In this document: in pieces, positions 22,883-35,052 of the stretch | Layout of the letters: each line of letters begins with the position of its first letter | How positions within the stretch are numbered: the first letter of the stretch is position 1 | Assembly (NCBI GenBank): GCA_049999805.1 | Contig: JBNGIO010006373.1 | Span: 98,231-162,230 of the forward strand | Length of the DNA stretch: 64,000 nt | Origin: Folioceros fuciformis | Lineage: Eukaryota | Direction of reading: 5' to 3' | Translations under genes and position numbers: made by a program | The notes under the pieces: model-generated | What the model saw: the letters and a program-made list of their open reading frames with translations, nothing else | Databases searched by the model: none | Told to the model about the DNA's origin: nothing

Positions 22883-25800
22883 ATGTGGGAAGCGCTGCTG
22901 CAGCAGCATTCTCCCCAGGTGCTGGGAGGATCGCCCTGCTTCGCCTGCGGTTGCAGAGACGTAAAATTGCTGCGGAATCCGAGGGCTGGAGATCGCAGGC
23001 TGAGCAAGAGCAGGAGGAGAGTCGCTGTGGCTGCTGCCTATGGGGGGCCCGGCGCCACGTCCGTACATGCGCTGACGGACGCCACTACGTCTCAGCAGGC
23101 CGGAGCCATTGCTGCTAGGAGGCTGGGCGATGCTCGGGGCGGAATGCAAGAAGCTGTGCACTCGCTCACACGGTATGGGGGAATTTCGCCTGTGCGCGCG
23201 GAGGAAAGCGAGAAGCTGGAGAGTGAGGATACTTCTTTTGTTGCAGAGGAAGAATCTGTGGAACTGGGAAAGAGTGAGGACGCTGGATATGATGCGGGAG
23301 AGGCTGTGGAAGCTGGAGGGAGTCGAGACGGAGTGGAGGGCTATGTAGGCGAGTCCGCGGAAGCTGGAGAGAGTGGAGAAGGAGGGGGAGGTTATGGAGG
23401 AGAATCGGTGGAAGTCGGGGAAAGTGGAGAAGGAGGTGGAGGCTATGCAGGACAATCGGGGTCCGACTCGGTTGCGGATTCTCAGCCCGCTTCTGATGCT
23501 GGAGATGTCGCTGGAGAGTCCGGAGGTGCTGGAGAGGGCGCCGAAGGAGATTCAGGGGATTCCGTGGAGACTGGAGAGAGTGCAGAGGGAGGTGGAGGAG
23601 ATTCTGTGGACGTTGGGGAAAGTGGAGAAGGAGGTGGACGCTATGCAGGAGAATCTGTCGACGATACCGGAGGGGATTCCCAGCCTGCTTCTGATGCTGG
23701 AGGTGTCGGTGGAGAGGCTGGAGACGCTGCAGATGGCGCAGATGGATATGCAGGAAATTCTGCGGAAGGTGGAGAGAGTGGAGGATATGGAGGGGAATCT
23801 GTGGGCTCTGGGGAAGGTGGTGAAGGAGAAGGTTATGCAAGACAATCTGTCGGGGACACTGTTGTGGATTCCCAGCCGGCTGCTGATGGCATTGCGGGCG
23901 GGGAGTCTGTGACCGATCCTGGCAGTCAGGGTGACGGGTTTGGAGGTGGGTCGGACGCTCTGGTTGTGGAGAAGCCGAGTCGTCTAGAGTTGGATTACAA
24001 TGAGCTTGTTAGAGGGTCTGGATCGGGCGGGAGTGACCGGGACGGAGGGAATTATGATCCACTCGGGACCATAAACGATGCAATCTCTGGTGTTCAGGAT
24101 GCTGTTGCCAAGTCGGTTGCCAGTGTGCAGAAGTTCTTTCAGGATGCCATTGAGGGTATCACGAAGCCGTTTGAGAACAGTGGCGTGGACGGTGACCAGG
24201 GTGCTGATGAAGCAGCTCAAACCGGGGCAGGGGTTGATCAGAGTGGTGAAGAGGCAGGAGTGCAGAGTAGCTCCGATTCTGGGTCGGGGAACCCTGTACA
24301 GGATGTCATTGACAGTGCTCAGAACTTCTTTCAGGACAGAGTGAGGGACGTTGAGAAGGCTGTGCAGAAGGTAGCTGACGATGTGACGGGGTCGATACAA
24401 AATGTAGTGAACTCGGTCACCGGTGCAGTAGACAATGTGCGGTTGGACATCCAAACATCTATCGATAACGCAAAGGCTGCTACTGAGCAGAAAGCGGTGG
24501 ATACTTTCGGTGTATTCTACCCTGGTACTTCTGCCAATAATGCTCTGAGAGTAGTAGTCGATGGTGTGAAGTACACTGTGGGTACTGCGGTGGTCACCGT
24601 TGAGGGAGTTGTCGTGGACGTTTACAGCGCCACGAAAGGAAGTCTTCCAGAGGAGACCCAGGATGCCTTGAGCAATATCGAGGAAAGCATTTCAGAGTAC
24701 TCGAAACCTGTGGTGTCCTCTGCGGAACAGGTACTCCGCCTTCCCGCAGGCTTGTCCAAATTTTGCGGCTTGAACTGTGGTGTTGGAGCAGGCGTGTCTC
24801 AAAGGCAGATCTCGGGTTTGCATCGCCGCAGGGATTTGAGGTTGTGCTGCGGGTGGTAAAGGCAGTGGGTATTGACGTCGACAACCCTATCGTTCCCACA
24901 CTTGTTGTAGGAATACCCGTGGTATATATTGGGTATGCCTGAAGCTTCTTGCCAGCTGTTCTACGAGAGCTCTGCAAAGTTCACAACTGGTGAAGTGTCT
25001 ATGCCGACAAGCTATGTTGTTAACGATGCATCATGGTTGTTGCAGAATTTCACGGTGGATAGAGCGGTACGGTAGTTACTCGGGAGACTTGGATCCAAAC
25101 ACCGCACTGGAGTTACTGAAGAGGGAGCGTAATGTGGCCTTGATAGACATTCGGCCTCAGGTATGTGAAGGTGATTCTTGGTGTTGCTCTTGTTGGTTTC
25201 TACTGATGTGCCATTCCTAAATATATGGACATGGGTGAGATCATCGACTTGTGCTCTTCGCCATTGTAGGAGGTCAGGGACGCTGAGGGTATTCTTGACT
25301 TGAGGAGGGGAGCTCGTTTTAAGGACGGGAATGTGGAGATCATCAAGGTGAAGAATGACAAATTTCAAAAAGTTGTTTGATGCTTGCTGACTGTATGCAT
25401 TTCACACAGGTGTGACAAAGGACGCCTGCCGATGTGCAGGTGAGCTCCAAAGTGCGAAAACTAGTGAAGAGCCCACAGGACATCGACAACGTCGTCACCG
25501 CAGCAGTCATTCGAAATCTGAAGATCGTGAATGTAGGTTTTGGCTTTGTCAAGCAGGTGCTTGCTCACCTGTGTACCCCGCTAACCCCGTGCTTCGTGCA
25601 TGTGCAGCCAAACTCGAAATTGATCCTGCTAGATGCAGATGGCCGTCAAACAAAAGACTTGGCTAAGACTCTGAGAAAATTGGGTGTTGTAGTACGATGT
25701 CAAAACCATGTCCTCATTCGCTAGTCTGGGGTGATCGCTGAGCATGATCCTGATGGGTTGTATCTGGTCCCACTCGGCTACATTGTTGCACAGAAACAAT

Positions 25801-26771
25801 ATCGCATCGAAGGTGGGTTCAAGGCTTGGGTTAGGGCAGGACTTCCCATCAAGGGAGAAGGACCGCTGACCCCCATCGCTATCCTCAAGGAAGTAAGTCT
25901 CTCCCTCTTGCAGGGTTTATGTCCAAATTGTTCCCTTCATCCGAGCTCATTCGTTTTACGTCTGAATCAGGAAACCGAGGCTATCGTGGAGGAAGTGAAG
26001 CCTACGATAGGTGGTGTAGCACTAGTTGCTCTTGTAAGTGGCCTACTCCAAAGCATGTTCATGTGTCTATCATCACCCACGTCAGTGATGCCAGGCATCC
26101 TTACACGCCGTGCACTTTGTCTTACAGGGCCTTGTAGCAGGAGGATATGCCATCTCAGGTAAGTTCTCACATCTCCAGCTTTCTTGAATTCTGAAGCCAT
26201 GCCTGACCAGCTCAAATGGTTTTCCCAGCTTTCTTGAATTGTGAAGGCATGCCTGACCGGGTCAAAGGGTCTTTGGTGCAGAGTACGAGAAAACATTGCA
26301 ACTCATAGGCTTCCTTGCAGTATGCCAGGTACCCCGCCGTCCTGAACGCAATGTTGGGAATCGGCTCTCAAAACCTGCTGACATGGCTGTGCTTGTATCC
26401 ATCCAGGTTGCATTCGACAAGCTGAACGACTACAAGAGCGTCGAAGACGTGAAGAAAGATCTCAGGTAGTGATCCACAAGCAACTTGCATCTACCCTCCC
26501 TTCTGGCCCCTTCAAGGATCTACACAACCTCACCGCTCCTCCTATTCATTTAACCTGCAGATTTCTGGGTCTGCCGTTCGTCGCAGTGTACAATTTAGTG
26601 TCCAGGATTCGGATTGTGCCTCCTAAGTTCCAGCTGGCCACAACCCCGTCCACTTCAGCGGTGAAGGAGAAGGTCCTCCAGGCTGCAGCCAAACACGGCC
26701 CGAACACGCCTGAGGCCGAGCAGCCGCCGGAAGACCCTTCACCACAGCCAGCTGGTGAAGGCAACACCTGA
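22883..26771 (+). CDS. Plastid rhodanese-domain membrane protein (At3g59780/CAS-related) with long Gly/Glu/Ser-rich repeat N-terminus, multi-exon
   Basis: YGSYSGDLDPNTALELLK...LIDIRP, LDLRRGARF, AAVIRNLKIV, ILLDADG, IEGGFKAWVRAGL and TPSTSAVKEKVLQAAAKH. Basic, Ser/Arg-rich transit-peptide-like start. Exon 1 spans 22883-24730. Confidence 0.85.
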
Positions 26772-27431
26772 CCGAGCAGGCAAACGATCTGCGTTGCCAC
26801 CGTCCCATGCACTGCATGTGCCTTGAAAGAGCAAATACACTATTCCGACGAGACCTGGCAGAGAGTGTAGAGCGTGCGCGTCCTGTCCTTGCTCCTGTGC
26901 AAAGGCATAAGAAAAGCTGCTTCCTAAACCAGCACATGCGGCGCGGCACAAGGCTGCCACCTAGTTGTCATCAATAAGAAGCATACGTATACTGTATGTA
27001 TATTGCCAAGCCAGGAATCAACGCTGGCATCCTGGCCTCCCGCCGCGTGCGCCCTTCAGCTTCCAACGGTCAGCACCCGTTTTACCCCTGCCAGGCTAGC
27101 CACCAGCAGTGAACACCCTCTTCCCCTCGTCCGGTGGTGTGGAACGTCGTGGTAGCGTATCTTGCGCAAGGTGCATCCGGAGGAAAGCGTTTTTTCGTCG
27201 CTGCTTCTTTTCCATCTTCTGCTTCACCTCAGTCTTCGAGCAGAGTGCAGTGCAGTTTCTCGAAACCCATTTTCAGGCGGTCCTTGGTCTCGAAATGCGT
27301 CTTGAATTCTTTGTTGATCTCGGAACTCATCTTGAATTCGTTCTCGCGCAAGCGCTGCTGTGAGATCCCAGCTGGCAAATTCTGTCCCCAAGTGGTGCCT
27401 TTTCTTGATCTCGATCTGTGCTCGCAAGGCC

Positions 27432-27872
27432 ATGGCGTGGGCCGGATTGGCAGGCTCCGGGCTCCTGCTTCTCCTGCTCCTGAGCGCCGGGGTGCTGGCA
27501 GAGAGCCTGGATTTCGGATCGTCTTGGCCTTTCAAGACGGACAGGTGCCAGTACGACAGCAGGGAGCGCTGCAATGCCGCGTCGGGGGGAAGGGTGTGCG
27601 GCTGGTGCGATCTGCCGCAAGGATGCTATCCTCTGGATAGACTGGATGAGCTCGGCTACTTCTGTGACAGAGTGAAGATCAAGGTTCCTCCCGAGGATTT
27701 CGAGTGCGAATCTGTGGCAACGAAGGAGGATTGCTTGGCGCTGGACCCTTGCCACTGGTGCACGAGCACGGCTGTGCACGATGCCTGCTTCGGCTTGATG
27801 GAAGCTCGCCGCCTTCCTTTCCAGGTCTTTAACTGTTCTTTGGCTCAGTCGTCGTACGCCGTGCTCTCTTGA
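27432..27872 (+). CDS. Small secreted Cys-rich protein (146 aa), two CxWC (PSI-like) modules, function unknown
   Basis: Signal peptide MAWAGLAGSGLLLLLLLSAGVLA. Twelve Cys in two 6-Cys modules centred on CGWC and CHWC. Single exon. Confidence 0.8.
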   Translation: MAWAGLAGSGLLLLLLLSAGVLAESLDFGSSWPFKTDRCQYDSRERCNAASGGRVCGWCDLPQGCYPLDRLDELGYFCDRVKIKVPPEDFECESVATKEDCLALDPCHWCTSTAVHDACFGLMEARRLPFQVFNCSLAQSSYAVLS

Positions 27873-28134
27873 TGATCCCAGTGGGACACGGACTCGAATT
27901 TCAAGCTGTTCCTCACTGTGGAGCGCGTTGTTCATTTATTTCCTCCAGCTGGTCAATTAGCAGGTGCCCATCAAGCCTGAAGAATTGTTTTTTCAGGTTC
28001 ATCTTTGCTGTTGCCTTGATGTCCATCTCTCAGGAAAGGTGCTGCGCTAATGTCAGCTACACGTCGGCAGATCACATGCGTTGTTCTACATGCAGCTGAG
28101 AGAGATGTGACGATGTAGAGCAGGGCTTGCGTTC

Positions 28135-28254
28135 ATGCATCAGCCGTCTATGGCTAGAATATAGACTGGTCGTTCTTTACGGACATTGGTCGGAATGCAT
28201 CAGCCTTATGTGTCTAGAAAATCTAAACTGGTCGTTCTTAGAGGCATTGATCGA
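28135..28254. repeat. 60-bp tandem duplication, 2 diverged copies
   Basis: atgcatcagcc...ctagaa...actggtcgttctt...cattg begins at 28135 and 28195. Confidence 0.8.
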
Positions 28255-28729
28255 GTATCCGTTACGTTCATTTTTTCCAGCTCCTCGGAATGTTGAGGCT
28301 ATTCCAGGATGATCGGAACATGAACGCTTCCGAGCATGTATTCCTGAAGCTCCATATTTTATGTTGCCTCACAGATTTGATCAGCAAGCTCATCGTCTGA
28401 ACTTGCTGAGTACCACTGGGGCGTGTTGTACAAGAAAATGAGCTCCAACATCAAGCAAAGAGTACTACTTCCTAAGGGGCCCCGATTTACAAGACACCCA
28501 GAGACTTCTCTGCAACGTTCTCAATGCCAAAGAAGATTGCCCTCAGTGTACAAGAGACGCCAGAGTGTTTGGGCATACCTCCGAGATTGAGAGACAACAA
28601 TCGAGAACTTGCAGCACCAGAGGCGCACCCTGCTCTTCCCTTTCCGATGCCCTTCAGACCTAAATTGACAGCGTATCAGGCCCATGAGCGGGATAGCCGC
28701 CGCTCTTCCTACTCTGATGCCCTTCAGAC

Positions 28730-29497
28730 CTAAATCACATACGGGATGAGAGCCTTCCTCTTCTTGGGGAAGTCGGCAAACTTGTTAACGTACCAAGCCC
28801 GATGAGTTAGGGCTCGGGGGAGCAGGTTGGCTAGCGTCCCAAGGAAGAAGGCCAGCCCAGGAAGACACCAAGTCATCACAGCCCATCCCAGCCACTCCAA
28901 ACACTCTCCCAAGTAGTTCGGGCAGGTGACCATCTCGAACAACCAGCCCCTAGGAATCCTGTAGGCGGAATCGACGTTGCTGTGGCGCAGGTTGATGAGC
29001 ACGGTGTCAGCCCAGATGTTGGTCGCCATGCCCGCCGCAAACAGCACAAACCCAAGAACAAACTGGGGGCTGGCAAACCAGGAGGGAGAGTACTCCCCGT
29101 AGTGCGACAACCATCTGGCCTGCAGGTACCCGTTGTAAACATTGAAGAGAAGCCCGAAGACAGCCACCACCATTGGCATCCTCTTCCCATCAGACCGCAT
29201 CCGGAATGGGAAAATCAGGGCCCTGTGGATATAGTGTAGCTGGTAGAGCTTCATCAGCACTCTGGGCACAAGCTCCGCCCTGTGACTTCCGAAAGAAAAC
29301 ACCAAGAAAGTAGCCCACAACGCCGCGCTCTCCATGAGAACCCACCCTTCCACGGCCGACAGGGAAGGGCCCCATCCCCGCCTAAGGTGCCTTCCGTAGG
29401 GCACCACTACTTTGGAGACCGCGAGGTACACGAGCACCGCCAAGATGAAGAACCCTGCCACTGCCCACGAATAGAACTGCTCATCGGACTTCCTCAT
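28730..29497 (-). CDS. DET2: Steroid 5-alpha-reductase, intronless (255 aa)
   Basis: PYGRHLRRGWGP, WVLMES, HYIHR, NGYLQARWLSHY, YRIPRG, CPNYLGECLEWLGWAVMTW, NLLPRA and RKALIPY. ATG at 29497 gives a DET2-sized protein. Confidence 0.92.
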   Translation of the reverse strand: MRKSDEQFYSWAVAGFFILAVLVYLAVSKVVVPYGRHLRRGWGPSLSAVEGWVLMESAALWATFLVFSFGSHRAELVPRVLMKLYQLHYIHRALIFPFRMRSDGKRMPMVVAVFGLLFNVYNGYLQARWLSHYGEYSPSWFASPQFVLGFVLFAAGMATNIWADTVLINLRHSNVDSAYRIPRGWLFEMVTCPNYLGECLEWLGWAVMTWCLPGLAFFLGTLANLLPRALTHRAWYVNKFADFPKKRKALIPYVI

Positions 29498-30009
29498 ATC
29501 TGACGGCTGCGTGGGAACGTAAGAGGGTCTGCGTCTCTGATCTCGCCTCTCTCTTCGGCTCTTCCGTGGAGACAGGTGTAGGCTATACAAGCCTCGTCTC
29601 CTCCCTGCGCTCCGCGAACGAGCCTCGTGTCCTCCCTCTGAAGCCAAGGCATTCTTAAGTGTGCGAGTCTTTTTTGCGGACAAGGTCTCTCGGTCGGCCA
29701 GTCGACGCTCCTTTCCTTGCCCGTGAAGCGTAGTTGGTATGTTCCTCCCCTTTATGCATGCTTCCGAGGTTTCCTATCTTTGACAGGTTGCACCAACGTG
29801 GAATTGCTGAGTGACGTTGAGCTGGGGAAGCGGATCACGCTGACATGAACCGCCTCCGACTGGGCTGGCAGGCAGGCTGGATGAGGCGAGGGTGTGGCAG
29901 CCTAGAGGATTGTGAGCCGTTTTCCGGACCCTCGGCGTGTGTGTGGGAAGAAATTCAAGTAGCCGGGGGACGCGATTGTGCACCGAGGTGTCCGTAACGG
30001 CTGGTAAAC

Positions 30010-31266
30010 ATGGCTGAAGTGTTTGATGGCTATGAGAGGCAGTACTGCGAGCTTTCCACGACTCTGGCCAGGAAATGCTCGCAATTAGGGGCTGCTCAAG
30101 GAGGTATTGTGTCTCCGCACCGTCTTCTGTGCAACGTATTGGTCCAAGGCGAATCTAGACCGATAGCAGATGTTCTACATCCGGGTGGTGTTAGGTTGGC
30201 GGGTTGTTTCCTGCTAGATTGATCCTTCGTTGTTTCTCAGTGGTGCCTATCGGTGAATTGTGTCACGTCTGCACGTGCGTGAGCAGAGTTGAAGAAGCAG
30301 AAGCTTCAAGAATTGAACAATGGATTGGAGGAGGCGGATGCTCTGGTAATCGAAGGCTGTAGTTTGTCGAAGCATGTTTCTTTGGGCGTTTTGATGGTTG
30401 GTTGGAGTTTGCCTGAAATTCGCCTTGTACAGATAAGGAAAATGGATCTGGAAGCCAGGAGCTTGCAGCCCACACAGAAAGTAACTCTACTTGCGAAGCT
30501 GCGGGAATACAAGTCGGACCTCAATAACCTCCGACGGGATGTCAAGAAGTTTGCTGCCAACGATTCTTTGTCTTCTAGGGATGACCTTCTTGAGTCCGGA
30601 GAAAGGCTGTTGGCGGTATCTTCTCCTTCTCCAAACGCTCATGCCGCTCAAGCCACTCCGTTTGTTAGGTCGTTGAATGCCGAATGTGGTCACTCCTTGG
30701 GAATTGGTTTTGTTTTCAACTGGTCTAGTACGGATGGTCAGTGTTGAAGATGATGAATTGTCAGTGTGGGTACGCTTGCAAGCCATTGTCACACCTCTAT
30801 CTCTTTGACTGGCTGAAAGCTGTCCCGTATCTGCAGACTGCAGCTGAGCAGAGAACCAGGTTGCTCGCAGCATCAGACAAATTAAACAAGACGGGAGCCA
30901 GGATCAAAGAGGGTCACAGAACACTGTTGGAAACGGAGCAGATCGGAGTCTCCATCCTTCAGGATCTTCATTCGCAACGGGAAACTCTTCTACATGCTCA
31001 GGAGAGGGTACTGTGCTCTTCCCATTTCTCTTGTAGTCACATCCAATCAGGGCCCTGGGCTCAGTCGTTTTTGATGTGCTTGTTTCTTTAATTGCTTCAA
31101 TCCGTGTCTCCAGCTGCATGCAGTGGACGACAATATGGCCAGCAGCAGAAAGATCCTGAACTCCATGGGCAGAAGGATGTATCAAAGCCAGTATACCTTG
31201 TACGCCGTCGTTGCTGTCCTGGTGTTCCTCGTCGTGGTGATCATGTATTTCAAACTCAAAGGCTAG
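30010..31266 (+). CDS. VTI1: VTI1-family Qb-SNARE, 5 exons
   Basis: MAEVFDGYERQYCELS, IRKMDLEARSLQP, LLAKLREYKSDLNNL, LETEQIGVSILQDLHSQRETL, then a C-terminal TM. TAG at 31264-31266. Confidence 0.95.
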
Positions 31267-31788
31267 GTCCAGCAATCTCTCTATGCACTCAGGGCGAGAA
31301 TTGTAGGAGCGGAGTCTCGTGGTCCTTCCTATTTTGTCATTCTCGGTTGCTTAAAAAAAAAATGCTTGCTTCTGCAAATGACTTTGTCAAGCAACTGCAA
31401 TGTCTGGATTCTCTTCAGTTCAGCTTGGTAACTGTGTATCCCATCTACCGAGATGGAAACATTGCCGTTGCTTTTGTTTCCAGTGTAGGTGAGGGTTTTC
31501 CACGTTGGGGAAGGTGACCTCTAGTGAAAGTCGGGAAGCTGCTTACCCACTGTTTACTAAAAACATCTTCACGAACTACTATATATTTAGATAACTGGCA
31601 CGTCAAAACAGTTGTAAGTGAGTTGGAAGGTTTAATCTCGCGTCACCTGAATACCAGACACACTTGCCAACCAGCCCAGCACGGGCCGTTGCACGACGCA
31701 GCCATGCGATACCACGACGCCCGCACGTGCGGGAACGCGAGGACGGGCGGGATGGCATAAGAGTCACGAGTCCGGCAACTGGCCCGAG

Positions 31789-34700
31789 ATGGGCGCATGG
31801 GTCTCCCCTGGGTCATGCTCCATATGTCCCATTGGAGCATTGCTGCACGCGTCGACGTCCCCAGCATGGCACACACCAGCAGCATGGGGGATCACGTATG
31901 CGGAGAAAGGAGAAGCATCGGGGAAGCATGGCGAGGAATGCCTGGCTCCGACAGAGGTGGCGGGATTGCGGCCTCCCTCTCCCTGGTCTTGGACACGGCA
32001 GGCGAAGCATGGTGCAGCTGGAGCGGAAGCAGGGATGTGTCGGCCCTGGCCTTGGACGAACGCCGAGGTTCGCCTCTCCGCTGGCGGGGTCGCAGCACTG
32101 GGAGTCACAACGTTATGTAGCACCTCGGGGCGCCAGCACGCTTTCTCCAGCTTCACGATCCGCAGCCCACCATGTCGGCAGCGTGGGCCGCGATTTGTGG
32201 CCGCCTGGAAACCGGGTGGCGGGATCTCGACGGTCCCGCTGGCTCGTAGTAACTGGATGAGCGTGGGCGGGATCGACAGTGTGCACCACAGGTTGGTGTG
32301 GAGCTACCAGGAGTTGGGTCGCGCGGTGCCGGACTCCTGGCTTCCTCGGCCTCGGTGGGTGGCTAGGCAACGGAAGCGCGGGCGATGGGCTGTGGTCCGG
32401 GCGGGTGTTGCGCAGCGGGAGGAGGAGGAAGCGAGGTCGTGGGATCGATTCCTTCCCCTGCTCAGGACGACGTATCCCAAGATCGTCCCTTTCGTGCTCC
32501 CGCAGCGGGCTCTGATCTTCAGAGCATGGGTTTGCACTTCGATTGCTGTGTGGGCGCTCTTCCTGTTGGTGCCGCAGGTGGGGGAGCTATCGACTCTGCT
32601 GGCGCAGGGCGACCTGAGGAGGTTGGCGAAACGGGCCGCGTGGGCGCTGGTTCTGGTGGGCGTGCGGTCCGTGGCGCAGTACTGGCAGCAGACGCTCCTC
32701 TGGGAGTCTGCGTTGAATGTGGCGTACCTGGCTCGGAGGCATGTGTTTGGGAAGGTGCTGGGTCGGGAGATGGGGTACTTCGAAGGCCTTGGGGGCGTTC
32801 CTGGTGGCGACATTGCGTTTAGGATTACTGCGGAGGCGGACGATGCTGCTGACACTGTCTATGCGTTGCTACTTGTGAGTGGGCGATGGGGTGGTTGGGG
32901 TTGCTTGGGATGATACAGGGTAGAAGGAGGTGGGTTGGTGTTGGGCTGACGGTTTGTGTGGATTGGATGTGCAGCTGGTTGTGCCCAGCGGGTTTCAGCT
33001 GGTAGCTATGAGTGCAAGGATGGTGATGTTGAGCCCTCTGCTCACATTTGCAACTGTATCGGTATGAGGGTGGCGGGGTTTGCTCGGTGCTGTTTGAAGA
33101 TCCTTGTTTTGTTCGAGGTGTCTGAGCTGTGCTCTGTTTGGGTTTGGTGGGTTTCACAGGTCATTCCCTGTATGTCGTTAGCCATTGCTAAATTGGGGGA
33201 GAAGTTGAGGGCGCTCTCCAGGAAGGGGCAAGATAGCACTGCCGGATTATCTGCCTACCTCAACGAGGTATGTGCTTCCTGACTTCGGCTTGGCTTTTTC
33301 CGCAAGGGATGTTTAACGCTGAGGCTGAACTGCGCCATTGCAGGTTTTGCCATCGATGTTTGTTGTGAAGGCTCATGCTGCGGAAGCATTTGAGGAAAGT
33401 CGATTTGAGAAACTTGCTATGGCAGACCGTACAGCGCACCTGAATAAGAAGAAGATGAAGGCCCTCATCCCTGAGGTTATCACGGCTGTCTATGCCGCCA
33501 CTACGTTGGTGCTGTTTGCCGTGGGAACATGGGTCATTTCGTGTGGCCGCTTTGATGGAAAGGGCATGGTGTCCTTCGTCACCTCTATGGTGCTTCTAGT
33601 GGAGCCTATTCAGGTGCAGCTTGTTTCTCCGTCCTTCGCTGTTTTTGTGGTTACTTGCCAGAGCTGGGCTCTCACTGTCCCCTTGTCCAGGCAATGGGCA
33701 AGGCATACAACGACATCAAGCAAGGGGAGCCCTCCATCGAAAGGCTGTTTGATCTGGCTTCCGGCTCTACCCAGGCAGGTTTCATGCATTGCCTGACGCA
33801 ATGTGGTGCAACCATTGCCGTGTCTCGTCGCGTGCTGTCTGACAACCGCCACGCCCATGCAGGTAATGGAAGAAGAAGACGCGGTAGTCTTGAAGAAGGT
33901 TGCCGGGAACATCAGATTCTCCAGTGTGACCTTCGGGTATAATGATAGGTCACCTCGGGCCATGACTAACGTCAGCTTCACTGTGGCTGCTGGTGAGACA
34001 ATTGCACTAGTTGGGCCATCTGGTGGTGGCAAGACCACTCTTGCAAAGCTACTTCTACGCCTGTACGACCCTCTTCAAGGTAAGGTGACCCGCACCAGAC
34101 GTCTTCTTCACTTGGCCTGGAACACCATGAATGATTGACACCCAAAGGACACCATTGTCATCCTCACCAGGTCATATCGAGATAGATGGCCATGACATTA
34201 GGGACGTCACCCTGAAGAGCCTGAGACGACAAGTGGCCATCGTCCCACAGGAAACAGTGAGCAGCTAAAGACTCAACATCAGTCTTCGGTTCATCTTGTG
34301 ATGTACACCCCTAACAGCCATCCCATTGGCTTCTCGTCGTTGGTGCAGACACTCTTCACGGGAACAGTTGCAGAGAACATCGCCTACGGTGACCACCTGG
34401 ATGACATCGACATGAAGCGGGTTGAAGAGGCAGCTGCCCTTGCCAACGCGGATGAATTCATCGAAAAGCTCCCCGAAGGCTATCTCACCAACCTCGGCGA
34501 CAGAGCGTCTTCTCTCAGTGGAGGGCAGCGACAACGGTATGCAAGTCACTGAAACTCAACCTTGACCTGCTATGGCTGCGTTGCTCGAAGTGTCTTGAGA
34601 ACCTGCTGGACTGTCGTGTCGTCTCTTCAGGCTGGCTATAGCAAGGGCTGTTTTCCAAGACTCATCCATTCTGATATTGGATGAAGCAACCTCTGCCCTT

Positions 34701-35052
34701 GACAACCATTCAGAGAAGCTTGTTAGAGAAGCCCTTCAGCGACTGATGGAGCACCGCACAGTAAGGCCACGTGAATAGCGCACTCTCATCCGTCCATCGT
34801 CTTGCCTAGTAGCAGATGGTCATGCAGTACTACTTCAACGCCTAACATGTCTTGTATTGTCAGGTTCTTGTCATCGCCCACAGACTTGAAACAGTCCAGA
34901 AAGCTGACAGGATCCTGTTCCTTGACGGAGGACGTCTGATCGAGGAAGGAAGCCATTGCTCCCTCTTGGCCAGTGGCGGACGATACGCGTCCCTCTACAC
35001 TCGACAGGAGCGAAAACCGTTAATACCTCCCCAGACTCTAGCAGGGCATTAG
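31789..35052 (+). CDS. Plastid ABC half-transporter, ABCB29/ATH12 (MsbA-like) type, multi-exon
   Basis: [21 protein letters not shown] and [11 protein letters not shown]. Walker [10 protein letters not shown], signature LSGGQRQR, Walker [21 protein letters not shown]. Start codon uncertain. Confidence 0.9.

Noticed and set aside
22552..24454. Long antisense and alternate-frame ORFs over the rhodanese repeat exon (similarly 1801-2559 and 62899-63690)
   Set aside because: Shadows of GC-rich or repetitive coding sequence with no independent motifs.
26175..26258. ~35-bp direct repeat in a rhodanese-gene intron
   Set aside because: Simple local duplication with no effect on splice sites.
8676..35052. 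Functional cluster of plastid or cyanobacterial-envelope genes (VanY, MsbA-like ABC, rhodanese, PPR)
   Set aside because: They are interspersed with unrelated housekeeping genes, as expected by chance in a compact plant genome.
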